Notes under the pieces: model-generated
Told to the model about the DNA's origin: nothing
Database searches by the model: none
The model's input: only the letters and a program-made list of their open reading frames with translations
Part shown: positions 38,385 through 39,890 of the stretch, piece after piece
Position numbering within the stretch: the stretch's first letter is position 1
Layout: each line of letters starts with the position of its first letter
Source: Octopus bimaculoides
Taxonomy: Eukaryota
DNA: 39,890 nt
Assembly: GCF_001194135.2 (NCBI RefSeq)
Contig: NC_068983.1
Coordinates: 114,668,746 to 114,708,635, forward strand
Direction of reading: 5' to 3'
Program-made: the position numbers and the translations under genes

Positions 38385-38545
38385 AGTTCAAATTTACAGA
38401 ATACAAAAGACGAAGACAGGTGAGGGAATAACATGCAGGTGTAATAGTTTAACGCTCGGGAAGAATAGAAAAGTCTTTGACGTTTCGAGCCCACGATCTT
38501 TGACAGAAAGGATTCAGAGGCAAACATTTTTTAAAGATGGAGAGA
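38385..38545 (-). mobile_element. Penelope-type repeat with a minimal type I hammerhead variant at 38475-38510
   Basis: Minus strand reads CUUU-CUGUCAA-A-GAUC-GUGG-GCUC-GAAAC-GUC-AAAG. Paralogue of 17190-17345. Confidence 0.62.
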
Positions 38546-38643
38546 AAACGAAAAAAAAAAAAAAAAANNNNNNNNNNTGGTTGGTAAGCAAACCTCTTAT
38601 CACACAGCCACCTGAATATTTTTATATCAATATTTTGACATCT

Positions 38644-39306
38644 GAAGGCGGAGAGCTGGCAGAAACGTTAGCACGCCGAGCGAAATGCATAGCAGTATTT
38701 CGTCTGCCGTTACGTTCTGAGTTCAAATTCCACCGAGGTCGACTTTGCCTTTCATCCTTTCGGGGTCGATAAATTAAGTACCAGTTAAGCACTGGGGTCG
38801 ATGTAATCGACTTAATCCCTTTGTCTGTCCTTGTTTGTCCCCTCTATGTTTAGCCCCTTGTGGGCAATAAAGATATAAGAAACGTTAGCACGCCGGGCTA
38901 TATGCTTAGCGGTATTTCGTCTGTCTTTACGTTCTGAATTCAAACTCCGCCAAGGTCGTCTTTACCTTTCATCATTTCGGGGTCGAAAAATAAAGTACCA
39001 GTTATGTACAGGGGTCGTTCTAATCGACTAGACCCCTACCCAAAAGTTTCCTACCTTGTGCCTAGGGTGAGAAAAGAATAATGTGACATCTCAAGGCGAC
39101 GAGCTGGCAGAAACGTTAGCACGCCGGGTGAAATGCTTAGCGGTATTTCGACTGTCTTTACGTTCTGAGTTCAAATTCCACCAAGGTCGACTTTGCCTTT
39201 CATCCTTTCGGGGTCGATAAATTAAGTAGCAGTTGTGTACTGGGGTCGTTCTAATCGACTAGCTCCCTCTCCAAAAATTTCGGGCCTTGTGCTTTGAGTA
39301 GAAAAG
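38644..39306 (+). mobile_element. Three head-to-tail SINE B units
   Basis: Units start near 38644, 38878 (headless) and 39092. A box TGGCAGAAACG, B box GTTCAAATTCC, then GCCTTTCATCCTTTCGGGGTCGATAAA (Meta-domain-like, from recall). Confidence 0.92.
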
Positions 39307-39749
39307 AATATTTTGACATCTCTCTACAGGTACACAAACATTCGGCCCTAATTCCTTAAATAATTCGATTCAGTTGTAAAGATATTGCTTTACTTTTCAT
39401 CTTCAAAAAAAAAGAAGGCTGTCTCTATCCCGCACCATCGGCTATTAACACAGCAATTTTATGACCGGAAATTCATGTGAAATTATCTCGTCTCTTCCTA
39501 GTAACAGGTGTTCTTCTGTAGTTAAACTTGACTTTGTAAATAAAATCCTTTTTCGACTGAGCTGATTTTTGATGGATGAGTAATAATCTGAAAAGGAAAA
39601 GATAAGTTATTGAATAATAACTAGGAAATATAAAACGAGAGAATATGGTCGAAAAGAATTCGGGAATAAAAAATAAAAATATGCATTTATGTATAGCGGA
39701 TACATGCCTGCATACACTCGCACACACAGGCATACGTATACGTGCATCC

Positions 39750-39890
39750 AGTGTGTGTGTGTGTATACATACATACATACATACATACATACATACATGC
39801 ATACATACATACATGCATACATACATACATGCATACATACATACATACATACATACATACATACATACATACATGCATACATACATACAT
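39750..39890. repeat. (TACA)n microsatellite, representative of dozens of (CA)n, (TA)n, (TACA)n, (GATA)n, (TAG)n and (TTG)n tracts across the window
   Basis: Directly visible. Confidence 0.98.

Overview
AT-rich, repeat-saturated eukaryotic DNA from a gapped draft assembly. The repeat families look like those of a coleoid cephalopod, most likely Octopus; this is an inference from recalled repeat sequences, not a database match. No intact protein-coding gene can be identified. Almost all ORFs in the supplied track are microsatellite or N-gap artefacts. The supportable content is: three abundant tRNA-headed SINE families (here A, B, C) plus rarer ones; mariner/Tc1 relics, including a fold-back derivative present twice with the same junction; hAT and piggyBac-type MITEs; two 5'-truncated L1/Tx1-like LINE 3' ends, one with a 14-bp TSD; and several Penelope-type repeats with hammerhead ribozyme (HHR) motifs. 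The most notable observation is an unclassified ~0.65-0.7 kb repeat (family D; 3 copies covering the motif, two in tandem). It contains all three conserved HHR core segments with three compatible helices, but in an order that is not a circular permutation, so it is a candidate non-circularly permuted, pseudoknotted hammerhead in a retrozyme-like tandem array. Several short exon-like segments occur on both strands and cannot be resolved into a gene without transcript data. Coordinates of degraded repeats are approximate.
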